IMG/VR virus record: IMGVR_UViG_3300034082_004296
Span: 32,001-96,000 of that record
Reading direction: 5' to 3' (one strand)
Length of the DNA stretch: 64,000 bases
From: a virus
Under the pieces are notes generated by a model. The model searched no databases, had not been told where the DNA came from, and worked only from the letters and a program-made list of their open reading frames with translations. Each line of letters starts with the position of its first letter. Position 1 is the first letter of the stretch. Made by a program: the position numbers and the translations under genes. Shown piece after piece: positions 8,947 to 18,806 of this stretch.

Positions 8947-10821
8947 ATGGCAGGAATAAACAATTTAAAGGAAGTCTATGAAAAGAAGGGCGAGTCCTTC
9001 TTAAATGGACTACTTAACCAATACGTCATCATTAATGAAAAAGTAGACGGTGCGTTCTTTGGAGTAAAAAAGACCCAGGACGACACGTTCAAGTATTTCA
9101 AAAAATCGGGTGAGATCACATATGTTGACCAGGTACTAATGAAGTACTACAATCCTGCAATAAAACACTTTCATGATCTCCCTATTGAAAAGAGACAGCG
9201 AATTCCAGCAAATTTCTTTTTTGGGTTTGAATACTTTACTAAGAGTGACAGTAGATCGAGCAAGAGAAAAGAAATGCCTAAAAATAACCTGGTTCTTTCG
9301 TATATCCATCGATTGGATGAGACTGGTAAGATCGCCGAGACCCTACAGTCTAAGGAGCAGCTTACACGATGGGCTAATTACTTGGAAGTAGAGGCACCAC
9401 CAATAGTATTTGAAGGTAAACTAGACGATGAACAAAAGAGCAAGATACTAGAGTTCGTATATACTGAACAACGAGGTCTTGAAGAAAAGTTTAAGACTAC
9501 TTCATTTACTAAATACATCGTTTCAGTACTTTGTCCAGATGAAAAGTCAGAGTTTTCGGACAGGGACCTAGAGACTCTTGTATTTAGGTTCTATGGAGAG
9601 GATTCCGAAAACGAGGCATTTTTAGCAAAACTAGTGGATCCTATTTTTCAACAAAGATCACAGGATGTCCAGCCCAAGCAGTCAAACTCACAGGATTATA
9701 TTTGGTTAATTGTTATTGACCTAATGAATCACTTTGAGATGTATGATATCGACGATCTTCGTAAGATGGTAGCAGATACTGATCAGTATGAACAAAAATA
9801 CATAGGTCTTATCAATTGCATATTTAAGGACTTTATACAGGACTATTCTCAAAAGTATGAAGGTCTTGAATTGGACGTGCCTGAATACTTAAAGAGACCT
9901 GAATTTGAACTTGATGTAAACTTGGTGGGTGATCCAGAAGTGGTGAATATTATTAACCTAAATGCTACTAATCTTGAGATCTATAAAGTTTTACTTAATT
10001 TTTTTAGAAAGGTAAGAAAACGTTCAAGCTCAGGATTCTTTACCCCAGAAATGGTCTCACAGCTTAACCTAATCGTGCAAAAGATCAAGAACATTATTAT
10101 GGGAGACGCCGTGTATGAGGGACTCTTTCCAAGCTTTAGCGAGTTCATAGGATCACCTAGCGATTGGATGACGTTGAGCGAGATTGAGCACGCAAAAACA
10201 ATAGGTGAGACACTAGAGCCACAAAAGATAAACATTTTAATCGGAGGATTTCAACCTGTAACACTGGGTCATATCAAGGCAGCAACTGCAATGAAGGAAA
10301 AGAACGGAAATAAGACAATATTTGTAGCAATAAAGGGCGAGACACCTACTAAAAAGTCTCCGTTTTCCCTTACTACTACCAAGCTTATGCTAAACAAGGT
10401 ACAGCAAGAATATCCAGAAATGATAGCAGACGTCATGATCGTCCCTAGCGGGCAGATCACCGATATTATAAGAGAACTTAGACCTAAATACGAACCCATT
10501 CTATGGGGAACGACTGATCGCCGAGTAAAGGACTATGCTCTACAGTTTGACTATATCAAGAAGAGGGACATACCGTTAAGAATATCTAAGGATTTTAGAC
10601 TTGTTGAGCTTCCTAGCTTTGTAAAGTCAGAAGAGATTATAGAGCTAATTAAGGACTCTAACTTTGAAGGCTTTAAAAAAGAGACACCTGCATCAGTATC
10701 GGCTGAGTTTTTTAACTTACAGAAAGAGATAGGACAAAGAATTAAAGTAAACGAGGCTAGCCAGGACTCACGATTTAGTGAGCCTGATCAAAAGGATGAT
10801 GATTCTGAAGAAATAGTCTAA
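8947..10821 (+). CDS. Fusion of ATP-dependent ligase-like nucleotidyltransferase (Rnl2-like) and HIGH-type cytidylyl/adenylyltransferase
   Basis: N-terminal INEKVDG (motif I), FGFEYF, ETLVFR, LAKLV; C-terminal GGFQPVTLGH and SPFS. Confidence 0.7.
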   Translation: MAGINNLKEVYEKKGESFLNGLLNQYVIINEKVDGAFFGVKKTQDDTFKYFKKSGEITYVDQVLMKYYNPAIKHFHDLPIEKRQRIPANFFFGFEYFTKSDSRSSKRKEMPKNNLVLSYIHRLDETGKIAETLQSKEQLTRWANYLEVEAPPIVFEGKLDDEQKSKILEFVYTEQRGLEEKFKTTSFTKYIVSVLCPDEKSEFSDRDLETLVFRFYGEDSENEAFLAKLVDPIFQQRSQDVQPKQSNSQDYIWLIVIDLMNHFEMYDIDDLRKMVADTDQYEQKYIGLINCIFKDFIQDYSQKYEGLELDVPEYLKRPEFELDVNLVGDPEVVNIINLNATNLEIYKVLLNFFRKVRKRSSSGFFTPEMVSQLNLIVQKIKNIIMGDAVYEGLFPSFSEFIGSPSDWMTLSEIEHAKTIGETLEPQKINILIGGFQPVTLGHIKAATAMKEKNGNKTIFVAIKGETPTKKSPFSLTTTKLMLNKVQQEYPEMIADVMIVPSGQITDIIRELRPKYEPILWGTTDRRVKDYALQFDYIKKRDIPLRISKDFRLVELPSFVKSEEIIELIKDSNFEGFKKETPASVSAEFFNLQKEIGQRIKVNEASQDSRFSEPDQKDDDSEEIV

Positions 10822-10867
10822 AACTTTAGTCTACTTTGCAAATATAATATACAAAACTTTTCTTAAA

Positions 10868-12427
10868 ATGAAGTTTAATGAACTAGACGAATCTGATAAA
10901 CTTTACATCTGTGAGACATACTACAATCGAGATCTTTCTTGGGACGAACGCATTGCTGGACTCTCTGAAAAATTTGAGTGCTCCACTAGAACGATCGCTA
11001 ATTGGATCACAAAGCTTAACCTTAACGCAAAGACGGTTGAAGAATCCCCACAGTTAAAGCTGGCACAGTCCAGAGAATACAATAAAAAGACCAAGCGATT
11101 TATCATAACTTGGGCACAAAATAACACACCAGTACACACAGACTTTTTAAATAATATTAAGGCATATGCCGAATTTATTAATGCTGACCTACATGTGATC
11201 GCTGGTCGATACAAAAATCCAACTAGTATTTGGTCCACAAGTCAAGAATATGAGGAGGTTTGGGCTGAGGAGGTATTAGGCTATCTTGATGCAAATCGAC
11301 ACGATATCCACAAGTACTTATCTATTATGTCTGACGTAAAGATACAACCGACTGCTGTCAATCCAATGACTGGTATGGAAGGACTAAGCGGAATCAATTC
11401 TTGTGTGTTTGGTTCGCCGAAGGTACAGATGGAGATGATTCCAGTATTAGAAGGCAATGTTCCTAAGATGATGGTCACCACTGGAGCATGTACCACTAAA
11501 AACTATACTGATTCTAAATCGGGTAAAAAGGGAGAGTTTCACCACACTCTGGGTTTTGTGATCGTTGAGATCAAGAACGGAGAGATCTTTTTTATGAGAC
11601 AGGTGACTGCCACTGACAAAGGAAGCTTTACGGATCTATTCTATAGAGTAGATAAGGAGGAGGTGACTAGAATCAATAAAGTCTCTGCAATAGTTTGGGG
11701 AGACCTGCACTATGGCAGCCATGATACTAGAGTGGTCAGTAAGACTCTTGACCTAATGGAAGAACTTAATCCTGACCATGTAATACTACATGATGTTTTT
11801 GATGGAAAGTCTATTAGTCACCATGAGGAAAAGGATCCTTTCCTACAGTATCAAAAGGAGATGGATGGTACAAATTCTCTAAAAAAGGAGATCGAGGATC
11901 TCTTGGAAGGACTTGCCGATTTTGAAGAATATAATACGGTAATCGTTAGGAGCAATCACGATGATTTTGTGGATAGGTGGTTAAAAAACACCGACTGGCG
12001 CAAGAGCGTCACTCCTAAAAACTCTTTAGAGTACATGCAATACTCATCTGCAATACTTAGCGGTGAGGCACCAAATGGTGTGATTCCATGGGTGATAAAT
12101 GACAAGTATCCACACTTTATAACCCTAGGTAGAAGTGACAGCTATATAGTTAATGGATGGGAATTAGGTCAGCACGGAGACATAGGTTCAAATGGCAGTA
12201 GAGGTTCACTACAACAGTTTAGAAGACTTAATAATAAGATTGTAGTAGGCCATTACCACTCTCCAGGAAGAAAGGATGGAGCACTTGCAGTAGGAACATC
12301 AACCCAATTAAGAGTAGGTTACAACATAGGAGCTAGCGCATGGTTACAGTCTCATGTAATCATTCATGAAGATTCAAAAGCACAACACATTAACTTTATA
12401 AACGGAGAATATACTACTTTGAAATAA
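10868..12427 (+). CDS. HTH-containing calcineurin-like metallophosphoesterase
   Basis: GDLH, HDVFDG, SNHD, QHGD, GHYH; N-terminal helix-turn-helix-like LSEKFECSTRTIANW. Confidence 0.85.
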   Translation: MKFNELDESDKLYICETYYNRDLSWDERIAGLSEKFECSTRTIANWITKLNLNAKTVEESPQLKLAQSREYNKKTKRFIITWAQNNTPVHTDFLNNIKAYAEFINADLHVIAGRYKNPTSIWSTSQEYEEVWAEEVLGYLDANRHDIHKYLSIMSDVKIQPTAVNPMTGMEGLSGINSCVFGSPKVQMEMIPVLEGNVPKMMVTTGACTTKNYTDSKSGKKGEFHHTLGFVIVEIKNGEIFFMRQVTATDKGSFTDLFYRVDKEEVTRINKVSAIVWGDLHYGSHDTRVVSKTLDLMEELNPDHVILHDVFDGKSISHHEEKDPFLQYQKEMDGTNSLKKEIEDLLEGLADFEEYNTVIVRSNHDDFVDRWLKNTDWRKSVTPKNSLEYMQYSSAILSGEAPNGVIPWVINDKYPHFITLGRSDSYIVNGWELGQHGDIGSNGSRGSLQQFRRLNNKIVVGHYHSPGRKDGALAVGTSTQLRVGYNIGASAWLQSHVIIHEDSKAQHINFINGEYTTLK

Positions 12428-12451
12428 ATAACTTAGAAATAGGTAATTTGC

Positions 12452-12571
12452 ATGAAGTATATTTTAAACCACATTAAGTACATACTTGAAAAGGTAACTA
12501 ATACTCGTATCATATGTGATAAGTGTGGATGGAATTGGGCAATTATAATAATGAGCAAGCCGACGCTTTAA
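12452..12571 (+). pseudogene. 39-aa ORF, possibly a truncated Zn-ribbon late protein
   Basis: MKYILNHIKYILEKVTNTRIICDKCGWNW... after ATAAATA 12424-12430; only one CxxC. Confidence 0.4.
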
Positions 12572-12585
12572 AATAATCAATTAGC

Positions 12586-12777
12586 ATGGCCAAGAAAAAC
12601 GACAGTCAGCAAAATTTTGAAGATTACCGAAAAGGTAAAGCCAAATTACAAAATGCAGTTCTTCAGCACCCAGAAGAGAGTAAAGGAGGAAAATCAGTTT
12701 ATGATTTTATGAAAGGCTCAGTCAAACGAAACATGTGGGTGATTCCATATGAGCAGTTTAAAAAGCGAGATAAATAA
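12586..12777 (+). CDS. Hypothetical small basic protein
   Basis: 63-aa ORF in the late-gene orientation. Confidence 0.65.
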   Translation: MAKKNDSQQNFEDYRKGKAKLQNAVLQHPEESKGGKSVYDFMKGSVKRNMWVIPYEQFKKRDK

Positions 12778-12796
12778 CTAAAATCTTACAGGTAAT

Positions 12797-14755
12797 ATGA
12801 GTTTTGAAGCATACCTAAGAAACTGGCTACGTCTTAATGAAGCCAAGGACGACGACACAGCAGAAAAGAAAGAACCTAGTGATCAGCCTTCTGGAATGGA
12901 TGAACTCAGTACCATCATTGAGTCTGGAATAGGCGGCGAGACTAGCGATAAGATTGCTAGGACTACTTCATTTGAATCTATTGAACAGGTATTACAAAAA
13001 CTTGACATATTACTATTAGAAAAAATACAGTCTAATCCAGAACTACAGAAGATCCTAATGGCAATGGTAGTTCCTGGCAAGGTTGAGTGGTTGGGCGAAT
13101 ACTTGACCAAATCAAAAAAGAGCTTGAGTGCGCTATCTACTGATAAAAAGAAGGTGGACCCAAACCAAAACTTTGATGGCTATAAGAGGTTCCTGATTAG
13201 GGAGGCAGACGTAAAGAGTAGGATCTATAAGATGCACCTCATATTTAAGTATGTGACTGAGGCACCTGACCTGGATAAAGACACAAATATCCTACTTGCA
13301 CTAAAACAAATCGGGGCGCCTTTAACTGTATCGACTGAAGAGGGAGCACCGACTGTGAAGATTGGTAAGATTGGGAGAATCGACAATAAAGTAGAATCCA
13401 ATGAGTTTGAAATGATCGGCTCTAACGGAGAGAATAAGATAGTGAAGAAGGAGGAACTTAAGTCCATTCTTGAAAAAAATCCTGAATTGGCTGAACGTGC
13501 AAAATCGATGGCTACCGAGTCTCACAAGAAAAAGCTGAATAAGTTATTACAGAGAACAGAGGAAGCTATTAGAAAGGAGATTATGAACTCCCTAAATGAC
13601 ACTAAAAACATCATCTCAGATCTACCCAATGACGAGACTAGTAGAGAAAAGTTAGAGGTGGATTGGAAGCCTCTGATCGACGCCCTAGGTTATTCAAAGT
13701 TCTTTGCTGCACCAATCAAGGAGAAGGAGAAGGAAATCACCAAGACCGAGAGACCAAGTCTTAGAAAAAAGAACAGAATCAAGGAGAAACTAATGAATGC
13801 TCTTAACTCAGCATTGCTTCCTCCAATGACTAATGGCGAGATCTCTGAACCTGGTGGAGATTACTATAAACTATTTAAAAAGCTAGAGGAGCAAAATGCG
13901 GCCTGGCTTGAAGCTTCCATTAAGGAGTCATTGACTGATGTTGGTCGAATCGCACAGTTTAATACAGCAGCCAGAAATGAGGAGAGCTCGCTAGAAGAAA
14001 ATCAGTTAGCCTACCTATATGCATGTAGCGCATGGATAACTAAATATGTTGAGAGCGAGGTTGACGGAGAACTATCAAAGAGGGACACGGATAATGCATT
14101 AGCAAAGATTAAGTCGATCACCCAAGCCAAAGAGCGCGAGATCAAGAACTATTATCTCTCTAAGGACTTTAATATGAAGAACTTTAAAGGTATACAATTA
14201 AAGCCCGATCTTAGGTTACCTCTTTATCAAAAGGTTAGACTTGCAGTTAGCGAAGCAGACCGAATAGCTGAGAGCCCATTAAAGAACCTACTTAAGGGGC
14301 TAGGTCAAATCATAGTAGGACTCTTTTCAACGGTACCTGACAGAGGAAATGCAGAACTCGCTAGAAAGAATGCTGCCCAAAATCAAGCGATATTCAATGG
14401 AATATTTAGCATCATTAAAGGAGGAGTATACGCAGTAAGCAAGCAGGCTGGGCGAGACCTTGAAAAAGGAGTGAGCAAAGTCACTAATAAGCTAAGACTA
14501 GACGCAGTAGGCTTGACACCTTATGAAAAAGGAGAAGGTCCTAAATTCTATAAGTCAGCTGAAAAGAAGACAAATGAGGATGCTGGGATAGGTACCTCTC
14601 CAGGAACGGCGATGCAAACTCCAGGGAGCCTACCAGACAATACAATGGATACACTATCTCTAGCAGGGCCAGGAAGAAGAAAGAAAAAGAAAACGGGCTC
14701 TCAAATGGTAAAAAGAGTGTCAAGCTTTAAGGATTTCTTGAAAGGAGACGATTAA
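12797..14755 (+). CDS. Large putative virion (head-processed) protein
   Basis: ATAAATA at 12770-12776; leader FEAYLRNWLRLNE and C-terminal VSSFKDFL. Confidence 0.6.
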   Translation: MSFEAYLRNWLRLNEAKDDDTAEKKEPSDQPSGMDELSTIIESGIGGETSDKIARTTSFESIEQVLQKLDILLLEKIQSNPELQKILMAMVVPGKVEWLGEYLTKSKKSLSALSTDKKKVDPNQNFDGYKRFLIREADVKSRIYKMHLIFKYVTEAPDLDKDTNILLALKQIGAPLTVSTEEGAPTVKIGKIGRIDNKVESNEFEMIGSNGENKIVKKEELKSILEKNPELAERAKSMATESHKKKLNKLLQRTEEAIRKEIMNSLNDTKNIISDLPNDETSREKLEVDWKPLIDALGYSKFFAAPIKEKEKEITKTERPSLRKKNRIKEKLMNALNSALLPPMTNGEISEPGGDYYKLFKKLEEQNAAWLEASIKESLTDVGRIAQFNTAARNEESSLEENQLAYLYACSAWITKYVESEVDGELSKRDTDNALAKIKSITQAKEREIKNYYLSKDFNMKNFKGIQLKPDLRLPLYQKVRLAVSEADRIAESPLKNLLKGLGQIIVGLFSTVPDRGNAELARKNAAQNQAIFNGIFSIIKGGVYAVSKQAGRDLEKGVSKVTNKLRLDAVGLTPYEKGEGPKFYKSAEKKTNEDAGIGTSPGTAMQTPGSLPDNTMDTLSLAGPGRRKKKKTGSQMVKRVSSFKDFLKGDD

Positions 14756-14800
14756 TCTCAGACTTAGATAAGCATAATAAATAATAAAAACTAAAATACG

Positions 14801-16702
14801 ATGGGATTTATTGATTTAGGACTCAATGGAGTGGCTGGAGACGGCCTTATAAACCTTTCAAGACCTGCCGGCATTAATCAAAACACGACAGGTAGCGGAA
14901 CTGATGAAAAGACAGCAAAGGTCGAAGGTGAATCTGGAAACCAGATACCCTTGATCGGTACAAGCTCTTCGTTTAACCCGTTCTATATCTTTAGATATTC
15001 AAATTTTGCAGCTGGAGCCAGTGCAAATACTACTGGTAATTATGACTTGGCAGGACACCGTTTGCTCTATGATACTGCAAGGTACCTTGGAGACTCGGCT
15101 GCAAGATTAAGAAATGCGGCTAGGGAAGAAGTTCAGGATCCAACTGCAACTAAGATAGTTAAGTGGGCAAACGATCAAGCCGTAAAAGGAGCGAATCATA
15201 AAGGGCCACTGTATCCATATCCGTACTCTCTTTCGGATTTTTATCACTGTAAATGGTACGGTCAGATACCTAACAATCGATTACTGACTCTTAGACGATA
15301 TCCTATCCCGGTTGAGGATAACTTAGCGGTAGCTGCTGAGAAGCTTCCATTGGTACCTATTGCACAAGCTGTTACTTGGTGGGGCGAAGGGACTGGCAAT
15401 ACACTAGGTAAGATCTTGGCAATGACTTGGGGGTTTAACTGGACAACGTATCCAAAAAAGGGAGAGGAGATTCAAGATGTACAGGGAAACGAAATACAGC
15501 TTGAACAAATATTCGATGTGCTTGGTATAAAAACGGAAAATGAGCCGGCTAGACAATTATTAATTACTGCATTTGCTAACCAGTCAGGAACAAATCCATA
15601 TGCCTTATCTGGATTCGATAAAGTCCTACAGGAAAACATAAAAAAACAATATGAGGACGGTGCGTATGCTAATCGAATAAGAGGACCACTTAATGTAATA
15701 ACGGAGACACAACAGAGAGATAGAGGATATACATTTTCTTCAGGTACTGGCGGTATCGTGTTAACTTTTGAATATAAGTTAAGGACTCTTGGAACTCCAA
15801 GACTTAATCCAAAGATAGTGATGTTAGACTTAATTAGTAATTTTCTAAGTTTAACATATAATAGAGCTAGCTTTTGGGGAGGAGGATATCGTTATTTTCA
15901 ACAGACTGGTCCATTATTGCCTGGGTTTAATACAGACAGTATGGAGAAAGGCGATTATGCTAATGCATCTAAGGATCTACTTTCAATGTTGACTCAAATG
16001 GTAGCTGGCGGTGGATCAGATCTTAAAGATTTTATAAATAAAGCGATTTCGGCTGCGGGAAGCAGTGTCACTGATACCCAAGGTATAGAAGACATATTTA
16101 AGACTGCTGTTGAGAGTAGAGTCGGACAAAATTTACTTGCATCTAGACTGGGCGCACTTCACCAGACCCCACTAGTGATGAGGGCACTGGCTGACGGTAG
16201 AGCAGTTGGCGAGTGGCACCTAATGGTAGGAAATCCAATGGATCCAGCTGCCGTGATAGGTAACTTAATCCTAAAGAGTACCTCCATTGATTTTGGAGAA
16301 GAGTTAGGAGCAGATGACTTTCCAACTGAAGTAAAATTTACAGTCACATTGGACCACGGTAGACCTAGAGCAAAGCAAGATATCGAATCAATTTTTAATC
16401 ATGGAGGAGGAGACATGTTCTTTACTGCATTAGAACCGCCAGCAAGTACTAGAAATTCATTTGGAGAATATAATAGTCAGAGGGCACTGGACACTAATGG
16501 AACATTGCCTACTGCAACAAATGGAGCAGCCGCTGCCCAGCGATCACAATCAACTGCTACATTATCAGATAATGGAGCGACAGCTAACGCGGAAAACTTA
16601 GCAAACTATTTTAAAAAAGATGTTGAAAGAAGATACGGAGACGGATTCGCCAAGTCACCTATACTTACAGACTATTTCTTAAAACTATATACAAACGATT
16701 AA
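14801..16702 (+). CDS. Putative baseplate/tail-tube junction protein
   Basis: First gene of the baseplate cluster after ATAAATA 14777-14783; tube-like C-terminal strands (LILKSTSIDF..DDFPTEVKFTVTL). Confidence 0.45.
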   Translation: MGFIDLGLNGVAGDGLINLSRPAGINQNTTGSGTDEKTAKVEGESGNQIPLIGTSSSFNPFYIFRYSNFAAGASANTTGNYDLAGHRLLYDTARYLGDSAARLRNAAREEVQDPTATKIVKWANDQAVKGANHKGPLYPYPYSLSDFYHCKWYGQIPNNRLLTLRRYPIPVEDNLAVAAEKLPLVPIAQAVTWWGEGTGNTLGKILAMTWGFNWTTYPKKGEEIQDVQGNEIQLEQIFDVLGIKTENEPARQLLITAFANQSGTNPYALSGFDKVLQENIKKQYEDGAYANRIRGPLNVITETQQRDRGYTFSSGTGGIVLTFEYKLRTLGTPRLNPKIVMLDLISNFLSLTYNRASFWGGGYRYFQQTGPLLPGFNTDSMEKGDYANASKDLLSMLTQMVAGGGSDLKDFINKAISAAGSSVTDTQGIEDIFKTAVESRVGQNLLASRLGALHQTPLVMRALADGRAVGEWHLMVGNPMDPAAVIGNLILKSTSIDFGEELGADDFPTEVKFTVTLDHGRPRAKQDIESIFNHGGGDMFFTALEPPASTRNSFGEYNSQRALDTNGTLPTATNGAAAAQRSQSTATLSDNGATANAENLANYFKKDVERRYGDGFAKSPILTDYFLKLYTND

Positions 16703-16704
16703 TC

Positions 16705-17289
16705 ATGTTAACTACTAAGCTATTAAGAGTAAAAAAGTTTTTTACAAATGCATTTGGAGAGTCAGTAATAGACTTGACAAGCTCTACATTTAGTTTTGGA
16801 GAGGCAACTGGTCCAGCTGGACCAGTCGTAATTTCAGAATTTGAAAACATGCGACCTGACCTAGTGTCTGATCGTGTTCTTGGATCACAGGAATATTGGG
16901 AAGCGTTACTTAAATTTAATGGAATATCTAATCCGTTTTCGATTGAACAAGGTGAAATAATACTTGTTCCAGGAATCAGTGAGATCTCAAAACTGATAGT
17001 CCCTCCAAAGAGTATTTTAGAAAAGGGGACTGAGCCTACTAAAAAGAACGAAGATGCGGTGATTAGACCCAAGACTGCAAAAGACCAACAAAGATTACAG
17101 TCAATTAGGAGCAAGGTGCCCGAAGTAGTACCGCCTAATGTTAACCTGAGTGGTGTAAAAAACGTTAAGGTCGTAGAAGGAAGAGTAATCTTAGGAGGAG
17201 ACATGACGCAGACCAGTGCAACAAATACTAATCAAGCAGCGGCTAGAAGTAGGATACAGGATCAGTTAAAAAACGGGAATAATTTTTAA
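16705..17289 (+). CDS. Baseplate wedge protein (gp53/LysM-like)
   Basis: RPDLVSDRVLGSQEYWEALLKFNGISNPF..G..ILVP. Confidence 0.8.
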   Translation: MLTTKLLRVKKFFTNAFGESVIDLTSSTFSFGEATGPAGPVVISEFENMRPDLVSDRVLGSQEYWEALLKFNGISNPFSIEQGEIILVPGISEISKLIVPPKSILEKGTEPTKKNEDAVIRPKTAKDQQRLQSIRSKVPEVVPPNVNLSGVKNVKVVEGRVILGGDMTQTSATNTNQAAARSRIQDQLKNGNNF

Positions 17290-17291
17290 AG

Positions 17292-18806
17292 ATGGGATTT
17301 AATCAAGTCATAAAGACTCATATTCAGCCGTCAATTAAACTAATAACACTTGACGATTTTGACAATTCTGCTGAGAGTACAACTGGGTCGATCACTAGAA
17401 AAAACAAGGGCAGAGCAGACTTTAGTCAGCTCGCAGGTTCGATTAAACCGTTTGTTAAGTTGGCTGGACAGGTAATCACTGATATTGAGTATTTAACTAT
17501 CGACGAGTCTAGCTTTATTCCAAAGCTTGATCTAACATTTACGGACCCTTCTGGAGAATTTTCAGGTAATTATTTTCCAAAAAGAAATTTGATGGTGAGT
17601 GTATTTATAAACAGTGGAAATGACAAGCTTAAACCAGTAAAATCGGACTACTTAATCACTAAAGTAAAATCTATTCCTATTACTAACAGAGGAACAGGTA
17701 TTAATATTAGTCAGGGAACAATTTACATGATTAGGGCTGAGTTGTTTGTGCCTCGACTCTACAATAATGTCTCCAAAAGCTATCCTAATATAACATCAGT
17801 AGATGCAATAAAAGCGATATGTTCTGAATTAGGACTGGGTTACGCCCAAAACGAATTCACGCCAGCTGACTCTATGACCTGGATAAATTATAATACAAGT
17901 CCACTAAACTTCCTAAGAGAAATAACTAACTATGTGTATCAGGACGATGAGTCATTTTTTACAGGGTTTATCAGCAAGGAACTGATCTTTAACTTAATTA
18001 ACGTAAATGAACAATTGATAAAAAACGAGGTAGATGACACTTTTTCAAGTAATTCTAATCCACTTTCGTTAGGCGTAACCCAAACTCAAAAAAACGATCC
18101 AGCAAATGCAGCATTTGCAGAAGAGGTAGTGGTTAATTTTTTGACTAATCTAAGAAAAAACATTAATAAACCCAATTACATATATGAAGCTAACTTAATA
18201 TCTGATCAAGGTGCAGTACTTAAACAGGACGGATATAAGAAAAAGATTTATTATTACGATCATTTTGAGCCAGTTGAAACGGATGACAATGGACAGCCAA
18301 ATAAGTTTAAACAGTTCTTTGTTGCGCCAAATAATGCACCAGACCTACCCGAATCAACTATGTTGATTCCAGACGATGAGGGAATGGATGAGATCGGTAA
18401 TAAAAAATGGATGAATATTAATTACGGCAACACTCACGAACACTGGAATGCAGCTCGGGTGTTTAACTCACACAACTTAAAGGAACTAGAAAAGATAAAA
18501 CTTAGAGTCTTACTTAAGGGAGTAAACTTTCAGGTGATACGAGGAATGGTTATACCTGTCCTAATGACTCTTTCGCTTGGAGAAAAGATTCGTAAAGAGA
18601 GCGATCCAAATGGAGATACGCCGATCGACCTATCAAGTAATACATTTGAGGGAGAAACACTCGATTCTGAACTTACTGGCTGGTACTATGTAAAAGAGGC
18701 AAAGTACACATTTGATCCGACTGATCCTCACATATTCTATACTGAACTTATTCTAGCTAGAAGAGAATGGGTGCCTAATAAAATAATCTTTACCGCAAAT
18801 GCATAA
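17292..18806 (+). CDS. Putative baseplate hub protein (gp27-like)
   Basis: Lies between gp53-like and gp5-like genes; C-terminal LTGWYYVKEAKYTF typical of hub proteins. Confidence 0.55.
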   Translation: MGFNQVIKTHIQPSIKLITLDDFDNSAESTTGSITRKNKGRADFSQLAGSIKPFVKLAGQVITDIEYLTIDESSFIPKLDLTFTDPSGEFSGNYFPKRNLMVSVFINSGNDKLKPVKSDYLITKVKSIPITNRGTGINISQGTIYMIRAELFVPRLYNNVSKSYPNITSVDAIKAICSELGLGYAQNEFTPADSMTWINYNTSPLNFLREITNYVYQDDESFFTGFISKELIFNLINVNEQLIKNEVDDTFSSNSNPLSLGVTQTQKNDPANAAFAEEVVVNFLTNLRKNINKPNYIYEANLISDQGAVLKQDGYKKKIYYYDHFEPVETDDNGQPNKFKQFFVAPNNAPDLPESTMLIPDDEGMDEIGNKKWMNINYGNTHEHWNAARVFNSHNLKELEKIKLRVLLKGVNFQVIRGMVIPVLMTLSLGEKIRKESDPNGDTPIDLSSNTFEGETLDSELTGWYYVKEAKYTFDPTDPHIFYTELILARREWVPNKIIFTANA

